Shown here piece by piece: positions 42,201-52,100 of a stretch of 64,000 bases of DNA. The stretch is from the NCBI GenBank assembly GCA_038109055.1, contig JAYNIM010000001.1:645081-709080 (forward strand), given 5' to 3'. The DNA is from a bacterium. GTDB lineage: Bacteria; Margulisbacteria; Marinamargulisbacteria; GCA-2716485; JAYNIM01. The notes beneath the pieces were generated by a model, which had not been told where the DNA came from, did no database searches, and was given only the letters and a program-made list of their open reading frames with translations. Position numbers and translations under genes: made by a program. Numbering within the stretch: position 1 is the stretch's first letter; each line of letters starts with the position of its first letter.

Positions 42201-43264
42201 AGATGTTGCGATTTTTATTTGAACATCAAGCGCACATAGATGACTTTAAACATACTTTCTTAAAATTAAGCCAGCAACGTCCTGAAAAAATGAAAGCTTA
42301 TTTTCAAGAGGCTCAGTGTGTTGATTTGTTAACACGTACATTTAAGGACAAGGAGCATCCTTCTTTTTCTGAAGATACACTATCTCTTGATGGATGGCGA
42401 CAGAAATTAGAGGAATTGGGGATGTCGAAAAAGGATATTGACCAGTTATTCGATCAATCACATAATGACTTATCCCACCTGAAACGATACGTTCATTCAG
42501 CTCAGCGAAGAAACGAGGGTTTAAAAGGGTGTGAGATCTCAGCTACAAAAAACCCAGGCGATTTAACGACCCAACGACCCTTAAATGAAGTCATTTTTGT
42601 ACCAGATGTACAACCGTCAGCGATTGAGCTTAATGTAGAATCTTTGGAAGCCTTAGTAGAATCTGTAGAATCTGTAGAATCTTCTAGCCAAGCGACTGAG
42701 CATTCTAAACAGTTTTTTAAAATGCCCATTAGTTTTTTTCAAGTGAATGCACGTCTAAGTCCAGATGATTTAAAATGTTTAATTGATAATTGGAAAAAAT
42801 TAAAAGATAACGCATCAACAAAGAATAAGGATTATTTTAAGGCTGTTCAATATTTCAAAACACTCTCTTTTTCTTCTCCTGAAATCATGGTGCATGTTCT
42901 TCCTTCGATTGCCAAGTATCTTCCTGAAGACCAGTTTTTTAATTTGGACACATTATTAAACATTCTTAAAGGTGCCGTTAGGACGAAAGTACACCCACTT
43001 AAATTTGACGTTATAGGAACAGAGAAAGTGAATGAAATGCTTGTGCATCAACTTATACAAAGTTTTATTCTACATCACAAAGAAGATACGTTTTCAGTGT
43101 GTATGGGTAGTCTACAAGGTGTGTTTACAGAATGTGACTGGAACTATGTTTTGAAACAGCCAATACAACGTTCTTTTGGTAATGGTGGAGGGGGCTATGT
43201 TAACTTCACGCAATTTTCTTCTAGAGCTCAAAATTCTCATGCAGAGAAATATTTTAATCAATGA
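39266..43264 (+). CDS. Large ankyrin-repeat protein (1332 aa)
   Basis: About 9-10 TPLxxA...IVxLLL..GADVN repeats over aa ~160-495; long unassigned C-terminus. Confidence 0.92.
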   Translation: MKCCSNPTPRRTVSGASTGVEKNRRLVVALKPPSKRFTTRSVGTKAFDAAIQTYVASGQNIDDFKTLFDDYLTYSALGESRDLNTTRVELRRIFDSFEADQRLLFLSSLSPASFANITVICAVHESSMMEFLKQAQGEEDVKKVSEILSKNGLEQSDFRTLLTHYIDTKNEELVATLIQNHKQGFELQDCRTLWGFAIEQDNQHIVKLLLASKNGDVNQQFGDGGSRVTPLELAYLYKNDDIIKLLLADENVNVNQKLGSHQQTPLEIAIKNGRKDLVEILTKRKVNLNQRVGEDQTPLGLAIKLENTEIVALLLDNGADVNQNTGYYEETPLEMAYSKKNDDIIKLLLAHENVNVNQKLGYTQQTPLEIAIENEQEDIVAVLTQRQVNKVNLNQACSKRTALMVAIEKGNETIVDLLLRNGADVNQNNLCYSPLGLAIEKASANIVKLLLERKPDIDQEFLKANRCTPFELAMHRKDSPISESIIDALISQDIEIGTWGIQRLSIEKCLPHIGSSFLKRGDLTSIKTLMEMGLKFEQILGDSPDFSCLTLDESDFQNLLFIVREFQEDGPSEQSKHVITAFFEGFSLHYKLKLFQYFYFSGHEKFLDFCDPSMYQLILTQAIFESKSAQFILMLNRKIDTDSIQVIVSAFKELQPATKEQGLTCARCCIALNESSSGDDFNALKNTFQQTFQSLEDNDKLFVFWSLSTLDRASLRKCFSEMERIESEFMDRPLSEQFDLYAQTPDLLFANYSYTYQRDALFVRRAQQGGLAVDHPLPVTLQQEGQKTAEYAPFTHALKTNHYDLNEEHVLVAAKRDIGSNVVQTVSYLDEVASLFTEFSRQKNMSSRQRKEAYEVFYVMCLLFRDNVHELKQFSHDLRLFSQKPNLNFGDVIDFYHYQCEINSNNEAFIQRVEKYSKRLNYLEGLQGKMSEQANSYHMDRSPVSTKHQLIETFGTNDDFKTCLNAVTQEASGEAEKIEMLRFLFEHQAHIDDFKHTFLKLSQQRPEKMKAYFQEAQCVDLLTRTFKDKEHPSFSEDTLSLDGWRQKLEELGMSKKDIDQLFDQSHNDLSHLKRYVHSAQRRNEGLKGCEISATKNPGDLTTQRPLNEVIFVPDVQPSAIELNVESLEALVESVESVESSSQATEHSKQFFKMPISFFQVNARLSPDDLKCLIDNWKKLKDNASTKNKDYFKAVQYFKTLSFSSPEIMVHVLPSIAKYLPEDQFFNLDTLLNILKGAVRTKVHPLKFDVIGTEKVNEMLVHQLIQSFILHHKEDTFSVCMGSLQGVFTECDWNYVLKQPIQRSFGNGGGGYVNFTQFSSRAQNSHAEKYFNQ

Positions 43265-43521
43265 TAATTTTTCAAGTCTACGGGGCTTTCTGCTTATTTA
43301 AAATAATATAAATACTCTACTTAAACTCTATCTGATGTTGATGTTCTGGTAGCGTTCATTAAGACATTGATTTATCATTTGATGATTCGATACTTTTAGA
43401 CCTTAAAGATTTAAATGGCAAAGGTCAGGTTCTCTATCTTTGTAGGATGGCCACATAAAGATCATCCAGATGAGGAGCTTGAGCAGCTAAGAATATCGAC
43501 TGTAAAGGACGATGGAAGGGT

Positions 43522-43746
43522 TTATTTTACAATGTCCTCAGAAATCCCTGCGCCCAAAACTAAAACAGAAAGGATGCCGATCACAAGCGGTATATCCTGA
43601 AATTGTTTATTTTGTACACCAAAATAACGAGCGACATACACTTGTATAGCTTCGTTTACGCCAAAATAAATTGAGGATCCCCAAAAAAATAAAAAGCCCG
43701 AAATACCCACTGCGGCCAAAGCATGATCGCCCAAATACCCTACCAA
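43522..43746 (-). pseudogene. MATE-family efflux transporter fragment
   Basis: VGYLGDHALAAVG...VARYFG; only 74 aa. Confidence 0.75.
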
Positions 43747-43920
43747 TCACGCTGTTTGTGCATGGCTTGATTTTAACGCGTTGATGCTTATTTTACGACA
43801 TGGTGTATTTGTATGCTGTAAACGCGCGTTATTGCATTTAAAACGACATTATTTCACTTCAAGCTGTCTTCATCTTAATAAAGAACCATGAACTTTGTTT
43901 GAAAATATATTTTTATGGGT

Positions 43921-43945
43921 ATATACTATATAGGGTATAGTATAT
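43921..43945. promoter_or_regulatory. CsoR/CstR-type operator
   Basis: Perfect inverted repeat ATATACTATA-taggg-TATAGTATAT just upstream of an operon ending in a CsoR-family gene. Confidence 0.75.
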
Positions 43946-43958
43946 TAAAGGAGTCATC

Positions 43959-44468
43959 ATGAAAGAAATTAATAGTCAGGATTTACACCGTTTAAAACAA
44001 GTTGATTCTGAGCTGGTATGCATTGATGTGCGTTCAAAATCAGAATTTGATTCGGAATATATTCAAGGCTTTAAACATATTGCTCTAGATCAACTAAGCT
44101 CACATCTTGATGAATTGAAAAACACGCAACAGCTGGTTTTTTCTTGCGCAAGTGGGTTTCGTAGTCGTAAGGCCTGTGAATTACTTAAAGATCATCCGGG
44201 AAATATGATGCATTTAGCCGGTGGCATTGCTGCTTGGAAGGCTGCTGGGCTTGAAACCATTAAAGGAACAAGAAACAGCATTTCAGTGATGCGTCAGGTT
44301 CAAATAGTGGTGGGCTTTGGGGTATTGGCAGGTGTATTATTGGCACAATTTTACAACCCTCATTTTATATGGCTTTCTGCCTTTTTTGGGGCCGGGCTTT
44401 TGTTTGCGGGCCTTAGCAATACTTGTATGTTGGCATTGCTATTGGCAAAAATGCCTTGGAACAGGTAA
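43959..44468 (+). CDS. Rhodanese + DUF2892 membrane protein (YgaP-like)
   Basis: DVRS, CASGFRS, RQVQI, GAGLLFAG..TC..A.LL.KMPWN. Confidence 0.92.
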   Translation: MKEINSQDLHRLKQVDSELVCIDVRSKSEFDSEYIQGFKHIALDQLSSHLDELKNTQQLVFSCASGFRSRKACELLKDHPGNMMHLAGGIAAWKAAGLETIKGTRNSISVMRQVQIVVGFGVLAGVLLAQFYNPHFIWLSAFFGAGLLFAGLSNTCMLALLLAKMPWNR

Positions 44469-45265
44469 TGGACATTCTAGGCTATGTTCTAAGTATCGTT
44501 ATGGGTATTGTTTTGGGCGCTTTGGGTGGTGGGGGCTCTATTTTAACGGTGCCTATTTTTGTTTATTTTTTTAAGGTTCCTGCTGTTTTAGCCACTGGCT
44601 ATTCACTACTAATTGTAGGCGCCACATCCTTACTTGCGGCTTGGCGTTACCATAAAGAACAATTACTTGATTATAAAATAGCCTTTATTTTTTCGGTACC
44701 TTCTGTATTGGGCGTATTACTTGCACGGATATGCATTTTACCTCGCTTAGCACATACCCTTCAGTTATGGGGTATGACCTTTAGTAAAGACCAAGTTATT
44801 TTAATTGTTTTTTCGATTCTTTTGTGTGTCATTTCTGTTTTTATGTTTAAAAGCAAAGATCATCAGAAAGATCAAAACAACCCGGCACATCAAACTGTTT
44901 TTTCCTGGTTTGCCATTGCTGTGGAAGGCTTTGTGGTAGGTATTATCACGGGCTTTGTTGGCGCTGGTGGTGGTTTTATGATTGTGCCTGCGTTGGTATT
45001 ACTGGCTCATATTCCTTTACGCACAGCCATTGCCAGCTCGCTTCTCATTATTAGTGCTAAATCACTTATTGGATTTTTGGGTGATTTATCGCTTGGTATT
45101 TCATATAATTACGGTCTTCTTTTGGGGGTATTATGTTTAACATTTATCGGTGCGTTTTTGGGAACACGCATCAACAATTTGTTTTCTGTTTCTACATTAC
45201 GTAAGGGTTTTGCTGTGTTTATTATTGTGATGGGCGTTTTTATTTTTTTAAAGGAATTTTATTAA
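44468..45265 (+). CDS. TauE/SafE sulfite exporter
   Basis: GGGGSILTVP, GAGGGFMIVP; TAATG coupling. Confidence 0.92.
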   Translation: MDILGYVLSIVMGIVLGALGGGGSILTVPIFVYFFKVPAVLATGYSLLIVGATSLLAAWRYHKEQLLDYKIAFIFSVPSVLGVLLARICILPRLAHTLQLWGMTFSKDQVILIVFSILLCVISVFMFKSKDHQKDQNNPAHQTVFSWFAIAVEGFVVGIITGFVGAGGGFMIVPALVLLAHIPLRTAIASSLLIISAKSLIGFLGDLSLGISYNYGLLLGVLCLTFIGAFLGTRINNLFSVSTLRKGFAVFIIVMGVFIFLKEFY

Positions 45266-45289
45266 CCACTAACAACAAGGAGTTTAAGC

Positions 45290-45640
45290 ATGTCTCACTT
45301 TCAGAATATAAATAATGAACACGGTATTGTTACGGCAGAGCAACTTAAAAATATCTTAAAATCAAATGAAACGTTTACATTGGTGGATGTTCGTGAAAAA
45401 GATGAATATCAAATGAATCATATTCAAGGTTCTGTTTTAATACCCTTATCTGATTTTGAAAACACTTGCAGTGTTTTAAGCAAAAATCAGCCCCTGATTT
45501 TATATTGCCGTTCTGGCAGACGCAGTTTATTGGCGCAACAGCACTTACAAAAAAAGGGTTATACAAACACCTTTAATTTAGAAGGTGGTATTCTTGCCTA
45601 TCAGGCACATGAAAAAAAAGGAGCTAATGATGAAAATTAA
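45290..45640 (+). CDS. Single-domain rhodanese
   Basis: DVRE, CRSGRRS, LEGGI. Confidence 0.9.
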   Translation: MSHFQNINNEHGIVTAEQLKNILKSNETFTLVDVREKDEYQMNHIQGSVLIPLSDFENTCSVLSKNQPLILYCRSGRRSLLAQQHLQKKGYTNTFNLEGGILAYQAHEKKGANDEN

Positions 45641-46499
45641 ACATTTTTATGACACAGATACAGCCACACTCAGTTATGTGGTTTATGACGACATAAGCAA
45701 AGATAGTATTGTTATTGATCCGGTACTTAATTATGAACCTGCCGCATCGCATTATGACACCCAATCGGTTGATCAAATCATTGATTTTATCCACACACAA
45801 CAGCTACACCTTCACTATATTTTAGAAACCCATGCCCATGCTGATCATTTATCGGGTTCACAGTGGCTTAAAAAGGCCTTTCCAAGTGCACATCTTGCCA
45901 TTGGTAAAAATATTAAGTTGGTTCAAAAAACCTTTAAACATATTTTTAACTTCAAAGACTTTAATGAAAATGGCATTCAATTTGATATTTTACTTGAAGA
46001 CAATCAGGTGCTTCAGGCTGGAAGTCTAACTATTAAGATTCTTTTTACACCTGGGCATACCCCTGCTTGCAGTTCATATGTGGTCAATCAAGAAGCCGTC
46101 TTCACTGGTGATGTATTATTTATGCACGACTATGGAACAGGACGCTGTGATTTTCCGGGTGGAAGCGCTCAAGACATGTACGACTCTGTAACCAAACGGC
46201 TCTATTGTTTGGCTGATGACATAAAAGTTTACGTGGGTCACGACTACAGACCAGGCGGCCGAGAGGTATTATATGAATCGAGCATTGGGCAACAAAAGTT
46301 ACACAATCCCCAACTGAATGCCAAAACCACCCGTGAAGACTTTATTAATATGCGCATCACCCGTGACAAAACCCTCAAATCACCTCGTTTATTACTACAA
46401 AGTTTGCAAGTAAATATTGATGCAGGCCGCCTACCCGCTAAAGAAGACAACAATACCCGCTATTTAAAACTACCTTTAAGAGAAAAAAAATCTGATTAA
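45627..46499 (+). CDS. Persulfide dioxygenase (ETHE1/Blh-like MBL fold)
   Basis: ETHAHADH, TPGHT, GTGRCDFPGG, GHDY. Confidence 0.92.
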   Translation: MMKIKHFYDTDTATLSYVVYDDISKDSIVIDPVLNYEPAASHYDTQSVDQIIDFIHTQQLHLHYILETHAHADHLSGSQWLKKAFPSAHLAIGKNIKLVQKTFKHIFNFKDFNENGIQFDILLEDNQVLQAGSLTIKILFTPGHTPACSSYVVNQEAVFTGDVLFMHDYGTGRCDFPGGSAQDMYDSVTKRLYCLADDIKVYVGHDYRPGGREVLYESSIGQQKLHNPQLNAKTTREDFINMRITRDKTLKSPRLLLQSLQVNIDAGRLPAKEDNNTRYLKLPLREKKSD

Positions 46500-46518
46500 T
46501 CTGATAGGAGACCAAGCT

Positions 46519-46770
46519 ATGTCCCAAGACAATTTAGAGCATCGTTTAAACCGTATTATAGGCCAACTGGAAGGCCTAAAGCGGCGAATGAATAGCGATG
46601 ATGATTGCATCAGAACACTGAATCAATTAAAAGCCAGCATCAATGGTTTAAAAAAATTTGCAGAAGCTTACATGAATAGTCATATGGATGAATGCTTAAA
46701 AAAAGGACTTGATTCAAAGGACATCAAAGATTCCTTAAAACAAGTGATTAAGGGTGCGTTTAGTTTATAA
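46519..46770 (+). CDS. CsoR/RcnR/CstR-family repressor
   Basis: RLNRIIGQLEG, C30, H55xxxC59. Confidence 0.9.
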   Translation: MSQDNLEHRLNRIIGQLEGLKRRMNSDDDCIRTLNQLKASINGLKKFAEAYMNSHMDECLKKGLDSKDIKDSLKQVIKGAFSL

Positions 46771-46816
46771 AATCATTTGTTAAGTTTTTATTTTCATGAG
46801 ATCTAGAAATAGAGCC

Positions 46817-46845
46817 TATCACCCCAATATATCGCACCTTTCTTT
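46817..46845 (+). repeat. Left copy of 29-bp direct repeat
   Basis: tatcaccccaatatatcgcacctttcttt; 26/29 identical to 55228-55256. Confidence 0.8.
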
Positions 46846-46959
46846 TTAAATTTGTTTAAAATTATTGCTGTATTACCTCAACATCAAATTTTTTTTGGAG
46901 TTTATCAATAGCTATGGCACTGATTTGATGCCAAAACTTATGTTTTGAACATTCTAATT

Positions 46960-49158
46960 CTATAAAACCGTAATCGATACCGTATCTTTAACTTGATTTT
47001 GATTTATGTTTCCTTCCACAACAATGTTATGCTTGCCTTTTTTAAGTTGCCATTTTGAGCCATTTAGCTTAATACCATTTACTGAAATCTGGATATCTTG
47101 AACATCAAACTGAGATATATAATCAATGGAAAGAATTTGACGAGTGACATCAATATTAGGATCAATTGCAAAATATGTATTGTGTTTAGGAAAAATAATT
47201 TCAATTTGATTATCAATGGGTTTTCGACTTTGTTTATATTTTTCTTGCTCAGGCACACCATGATCTTGTCGTGTGCAGCTAACTAAAGAATGGCTCATTT
47301 CTGATGTAAATTTTTCATTCATCGTTGCTTTGCAATGACTTTCTGCCAGCAAATGAGTATCCGTACAAATGCTACGTAAAACAATATCCTTTGGCTGACT
47401 AAAAGGGGTCTTTTTATTTCTTACAACTTCTTTCATAACGCGATTCCAGATAGGGCCAGCGCCCGTTACCCCAGAAACATGATGCATGGGTGATCCATCA
47501 AAATTACCTACCCAAACACCAACCAAATAGTCTGGCGTAAAGCCAATGGTCCAGTTGTCTCGATAATTTGTAGAAGTACCTGTTTTTACAGCTGATTCAA
47601 AATCGTGTACCAGAGGTGATGACAGACCAAAGCTTAGTTCTCGGGCTTTGTTGTCAGATAATATATCTGTAATTAAGTAGGTTATACGTTCATCTAATAC
47701 CACCTTAGATTCAGGGGGATTAGCCTGTTTTTGCAATACCAATGGACTGTAACGGCCATTTTGAGCTAGAACCAGATAAGCTTGCATTAATTCCCACAAG
47801 GAAACCTCCCCATTACCCAACACAAGTCCCAGCCCATAATATTCAGGATTTTTAGAAAGAGATGATAAACCAAGCGCTTTCAGTCTTGCTATCAACGCTT
47901 CAACGCCTACTTGCTGGGTAATAAATAAGGCAGGAATATTTAATGAATTTGCCAATGCAGTTCTCAAAGACACCATGCCAGAAAAAGATTGTGCATAATT
48001 TTGAGGAATAAAATAGCTGCCGTTTCCAGGAATATTCATTGGCAAATCTGGAATAAGCGTACTTGGCATAAAGCCCCTTTCTAAGGCTAGTCCATAGGCA
48101 AAAGGTTTTAAGATAGATCCGGGTTGCCGAAGCGCCTGAATACCATCTACCTGTCCCTGAGATGCTAGATCTTGAAATTTTTTTGAACCTAGGTATACCA
48201 AAACTTCACCTGTGTGAACATCTACAACTAAACAAACTGCATTAGATACATTTCGATTCAAAAGCTTTTTAAGCTCTTCATTGACTATACCGGCTACTTT
48301 ATTTTGAAGCGTTAAATCCAGGGTTGTTTGAATAGTCCCTATTTGGTAGGAAGTAGGGATCTGCGTTAAGAAAAACTGGGTGAAATGCTCGGCAGATCGA
48401 TTAGCAGCATGTTTATAATATGAAACGGTTGTCAGTTTTGCCCTATCATAGTCATCTTTCTGAATTATATTTTTACTAACTGCCAAAAATAATAGGCGAT
48501 TGGATATGGCTGCCAGCTGGCTAGGTGATCGGAACGGATCCAAATAATAAGGTGATCTTAATAAGCAGATAAGTTGAGCAACTTGAGATAAAGAAAGGGA
48601 GGGAAATGGTGTGTCAAAATAATAAAGGCTAGCAGCAGAAAACCCTGATCGGCTATGTCCTAGATAAACAGAATTAATATAGGCTTCCAAAATTTCATCT
48701 TTAGAATATCTAAGTTCAAATGCAATGGCCCACAATACTTCTTTAATTTTTCTGAATATACTTTTCTTTTGATTTCCATTGTGGATCCGTACTAATTGTT
48801 GCGTAATGGTTGAGCCCCCTGAAACTATCTTCTTATATTTCAAGTTTAAATATAGCGCTCTGAGTGCTGCGATAGGATCTACTCCAGGATGGTAATAAAA
48901 TCGCTTGTCTTCTGATAATAGCAATAGATCTAAAAAGACCTTGGGAATGCTTTCTAGAGAAATCCATGTTTGCACAGTTCCATCGATAGTACGCGATTGA
49001 AATAAGGGACGATTATGTCTATCGACAATTTGTATTGATGATCGTAACTTCAATGATTCAATCGCATCTATGCTTGTTATAAAGTAAAATGCTATTCCTA
49101 TCAGCACACTTAGCACACTTAGCACACTGACAAGAATCACATATTGTTTCTTAACCAC
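46960..49158 (-). CDS. pbpC: Penicillin-binding protein 1C
   Basis: EDKRF, GGSTITQQ, SILK, SLN, KTG; downstream of A2M gene. Confidence 0.92.
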   Translation of the reverse strand: MVKKQYVILVSVLSVLSVLIGIAFYFITSIDAIESLKLRSSIQIVDRHNRPLFQSRTIDGTVQTWISLESIPKVFLDLLLLSEDKRFYYHPGVDPIAALRALYLNLKYKKIVSGGSTITQQLVRIHNGNQKKSIFRKIKEVLWAIAFELRYSKDEILEAYINSVYLGHSRSGFSAASLYYFDTPFPSLSLSQVAQLICLLRSPYYLDPFRSPSQLAAISNRLLFLAVSKNIIQKDDYDRAKLTTVSYYKHAANRSAEHFTQFFLTQIPTSYQIGTIQTTLDLTLQNKVAGIVNEELKKLLNRNVSNAVCLVVDVHTGEVLVYLGSKKFQDLASQGQVDGIQALRQPGSILKPFAYGLALERGFMPSTLIPDLPMNIPGNGSYFIPQNYAQSFSGMVSLRTALANSLNIPALFITQQVGVEALIARLKALGLSSLSKNPEYYGLGLVLGNGEVSLWELMQAYLVLAQNGRYSPLVLQKQANPPESKVVLDERITYLITDILSDNKARELSFGLSSPLVHDFESAVKTGTSTNYRDNWTIGFTPDYLVGVWVGNFDGSPMHHVSGVTGAGPIWNRVMKEVVRNKKTPFSQPKDIVLRSICTDTHLLAESHCKATMNEKFTSEMSHSLVSCTRQDHGVPEQEKYKQSRKPIDNQIEIIFPKHNTYFAIDPNIDVTRQILSIDYISQFDVQDIQISVNGIKLNGSKWQLKKGKHNIVVEGNINQNQVKDTVSITVL

Positions 49159-49163
49159 TGATT

Positions 49164-52100
49164 TTAAGGATTGACTATTATCGTTTGCGTACTTCCATTT
49201 CCAAATACTTCTGGACTATACATTTCTTCCGCATGGGGAGCCCTTGCAGTATATGTTCCCGGATGAGTGGCTCTGACAAAATAGTTGAGCGTATAACTTC
49301 CATTTTTAAGGTTAGTCGCATACACAATAGCCTGTTCATGCCTCAGTTCTGTATGGTCTATCCAATCGCTGGGATCAGGATTTTTAAAGTATGTTGAAAA
49401 TGTATTTCGGATTAATGTGTCAGCCCCACCAAGTGCAGGATTAATCATTTCAAATCCTGCAGGAAGAAAATCTTGCACTGCAATGAAATCTTTTCGTTCA
49501 TTAATACGAATTGAAACAGCAACCCTGTAGCGTTCTCCCGCTTTAAAAGAATCTGGGGCAACAAGTGTATTATTTGCGTTAAAATAGCTACGATTGACTT
49601 GAAACCCATGATTTTTCCGAGTCGCTTTAGCGGCTGGAATGGCATACCTTAGCTCTACCCGATAATAACCAGATCCTTCACCAGTTGTGTTAAGTTTAAG
49701 GGGTATGGACTCATCAACTATCTGCTTAATAGGAGAAATAAACGCCTGGGGCGGAGTTGTGATTTGTTTGGCTGTATAAGACCCTAAAATATTATTTTTA
49801 AGTTGTACCTGTGTTTCAAAAGATGAATCTGATAATTCTTTTATCTCTCTAAACTTCACCATGGCCATAATGATCTGGGCATTTTCTTGTGTATTACTCC
49901 AAAAGCCTTTTTGAAGCTGAGTTGTAGATAAATACTGGGCAAGTTGATACACAAGGGGGTCATTTGGTGTGAGTGTTAACATGGTACTAAGCCCAAGTAT
50001 GTTTAAATATAATCTTGGATGAATCATATAGGTAAACCGTGGCGATGTTTTTTCGTCAAAAAACACTTCTCCTGACTCAAACGATAAAAACGGTTTGCAC
50101 TCTTTAAAAACCGATTGAGCAAGTTCGGCTTTTTCTCGAACATAATATAAGCCTTCTGCTAACAGAAGTCTCTCTGTCAGTGTGAATTCAGATCTCTGCC
50201 CCATAAACCGTTCTACCATTGCTGATCCAATTTTTCCTCTCTTGGCTAAATAGTTAAATGCATGTAGACGATGTGTGCTAAATGAAAGAGGGTCATCTAG
50301 CATTTTCTTAAAGTATTTATCTAAGCGAGAAAAATAGTAGTTTGGGACCTTCACCCCAATCTCTTCATACATAAGAAGAACCTGCGCAATAAAAGATGAC
50401 AGGTAAGGCGATGAATAACGACTTTGAGGCCAAAACCCCAAGCCTTTGTCCGAATTAAAATATTTATTTGTGTCACGAATGACACGGCGTATAAATTTGG
50501 AATCTTCGACAGAAAGACTCTTTAGACGCTTACCCATTAATGCCGTGTTTCCAATCCGTCCTATCGTTTTGGCATATTGCTGCTCCAAACTATCATGCGT
50601 ATATCCATTGAGGTATTTAACAGCCCCTTCGATTGATGATAGTTTTGATGCCGATAAACTTACCTTGATGTGTCCACGATTCGCTGTGGCTATTTCGGGG
50701 ATCATGATTGTTTCAGACAGACTCCCTGGCTTTAAGCGACCATAGGTCGCCGTTGTTAAATAAGACAAAGCATCATGAACAACAATCGATTGTTCAATAC
50801 TATCTTCTAGATTTCCAAGCTGTGCTTTGAATCCATAATTACTAAGCCCTCGCTTGTTTGCGCTAAAGCTAAACATTGCCGGAGTCACAGATTTTTTAGA
50901 TACCGTTACCATTTGATCTGATTTACTATTGATGCTGAGATTATTTGAAAATGCTGTTATATCTGCGATGCCTTTTAACTCACTTTGGTTATGGATATTA
51001 ACACCAGCTTCAAAAGAATCCCCTTGAACTAAAAATTTTGGAAAAACAGAGAAAACCGAAAGTTCTTTACTTACCTTAAATGTTTTTTCTGTTACTCCAA
51101 AACGAGAACCTTTTGTCTGACCAAAGGCAATAATACGAAAGGTTGTGAGGTTATCAGGAACCGTAAAAGATACACTTGCTTTCCCTTGTTCATTGGTACG
51201 GATTGACGGGTTCCAATACACGCTATTCAAAAACAGGTGTCGCGTATCCGCACTTAACAGTTCGCCACCGCCACCACCTAGACCAACCCCTTTTTGACCA
51301 TAGGTTCTCCTGCCTTTAAAATGAATCCTGTTTTGAGCTGTCCGAACACGCAATGGATGATCTTTAAAAAAACTGGCAATTGGATCAATTTTATTTGGCA
51401 TCAAATTAAGTAAGGCTTCATCTACTACAGCCACAGCGACATCTGCAATGCCAGTTTTCTTAGAAATTTCAGATATATTGATATCTAGAGTTACTTTTTC
51501 TCTAGGTTGATAGTTTTTTTTATCCGTCTTTAAATCAATCGTAAGGTCGTGATCGGGGCTTTTCACTTTCAAGTGTAAGTACCCCACTCTAAACGTCGGT
51601 TTTCCAAGGTCTACTCCTGACAATGGCGGTTTAGAAACACGGCCTTGAATAAGAGTTACTGAGATATAGGCGTTTGGAAAATAAAGTTCTTTAATAGGAA
51701 TCCTTACTATGGGCGAAGCAGACGTAAAATCAACCATAAAATGATCTAAAACACCTTCTCGTTCAACCGTTACAAGAGCCGTTCCCTTTGAAACCGGTGA
51801 TTTGATTAATATAGTCGCCATGTCACCAACATTATAAATTTCTTTATCAGATTCCAAATCTATCCGATCATGATCGTATAGTTGCCATTGAGGATCACCA
51901 AGGCCATAAGCATCAAACGATCGAGATGATTTTGTAAGGTTTCCCTTAGAATCAGTGCTTTCAAAGACCAGCGTATAGTTTCCTGCATGCTGTGGGGTAA
52001 ATTCAAATTTTGAATCTGTTTTTGATAAAGTGAATGTTTGTGTTTCTAGCAGTTGGCTTTTTGGCGTTTGTTTCGTTAAAAATGTATTTCCTAGACTCTT

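Noticed and set aside
43415..43600. 61-aa ORF as a real gene
   Set aside because: Spans the eroded ankyrin tail and the antisense of the MATE fragment
46817..46845. dif/Xer site or integron attC
   Set aside because: Only GGTGCG resembles dif; there is no XerD arm and no attC-type palindrome
49102..49130. 9-bp repeat (SVLSVLSVL) in pbpC
   Set aside because: In-frame micro-duplication in the TM anchor with no evident consequence
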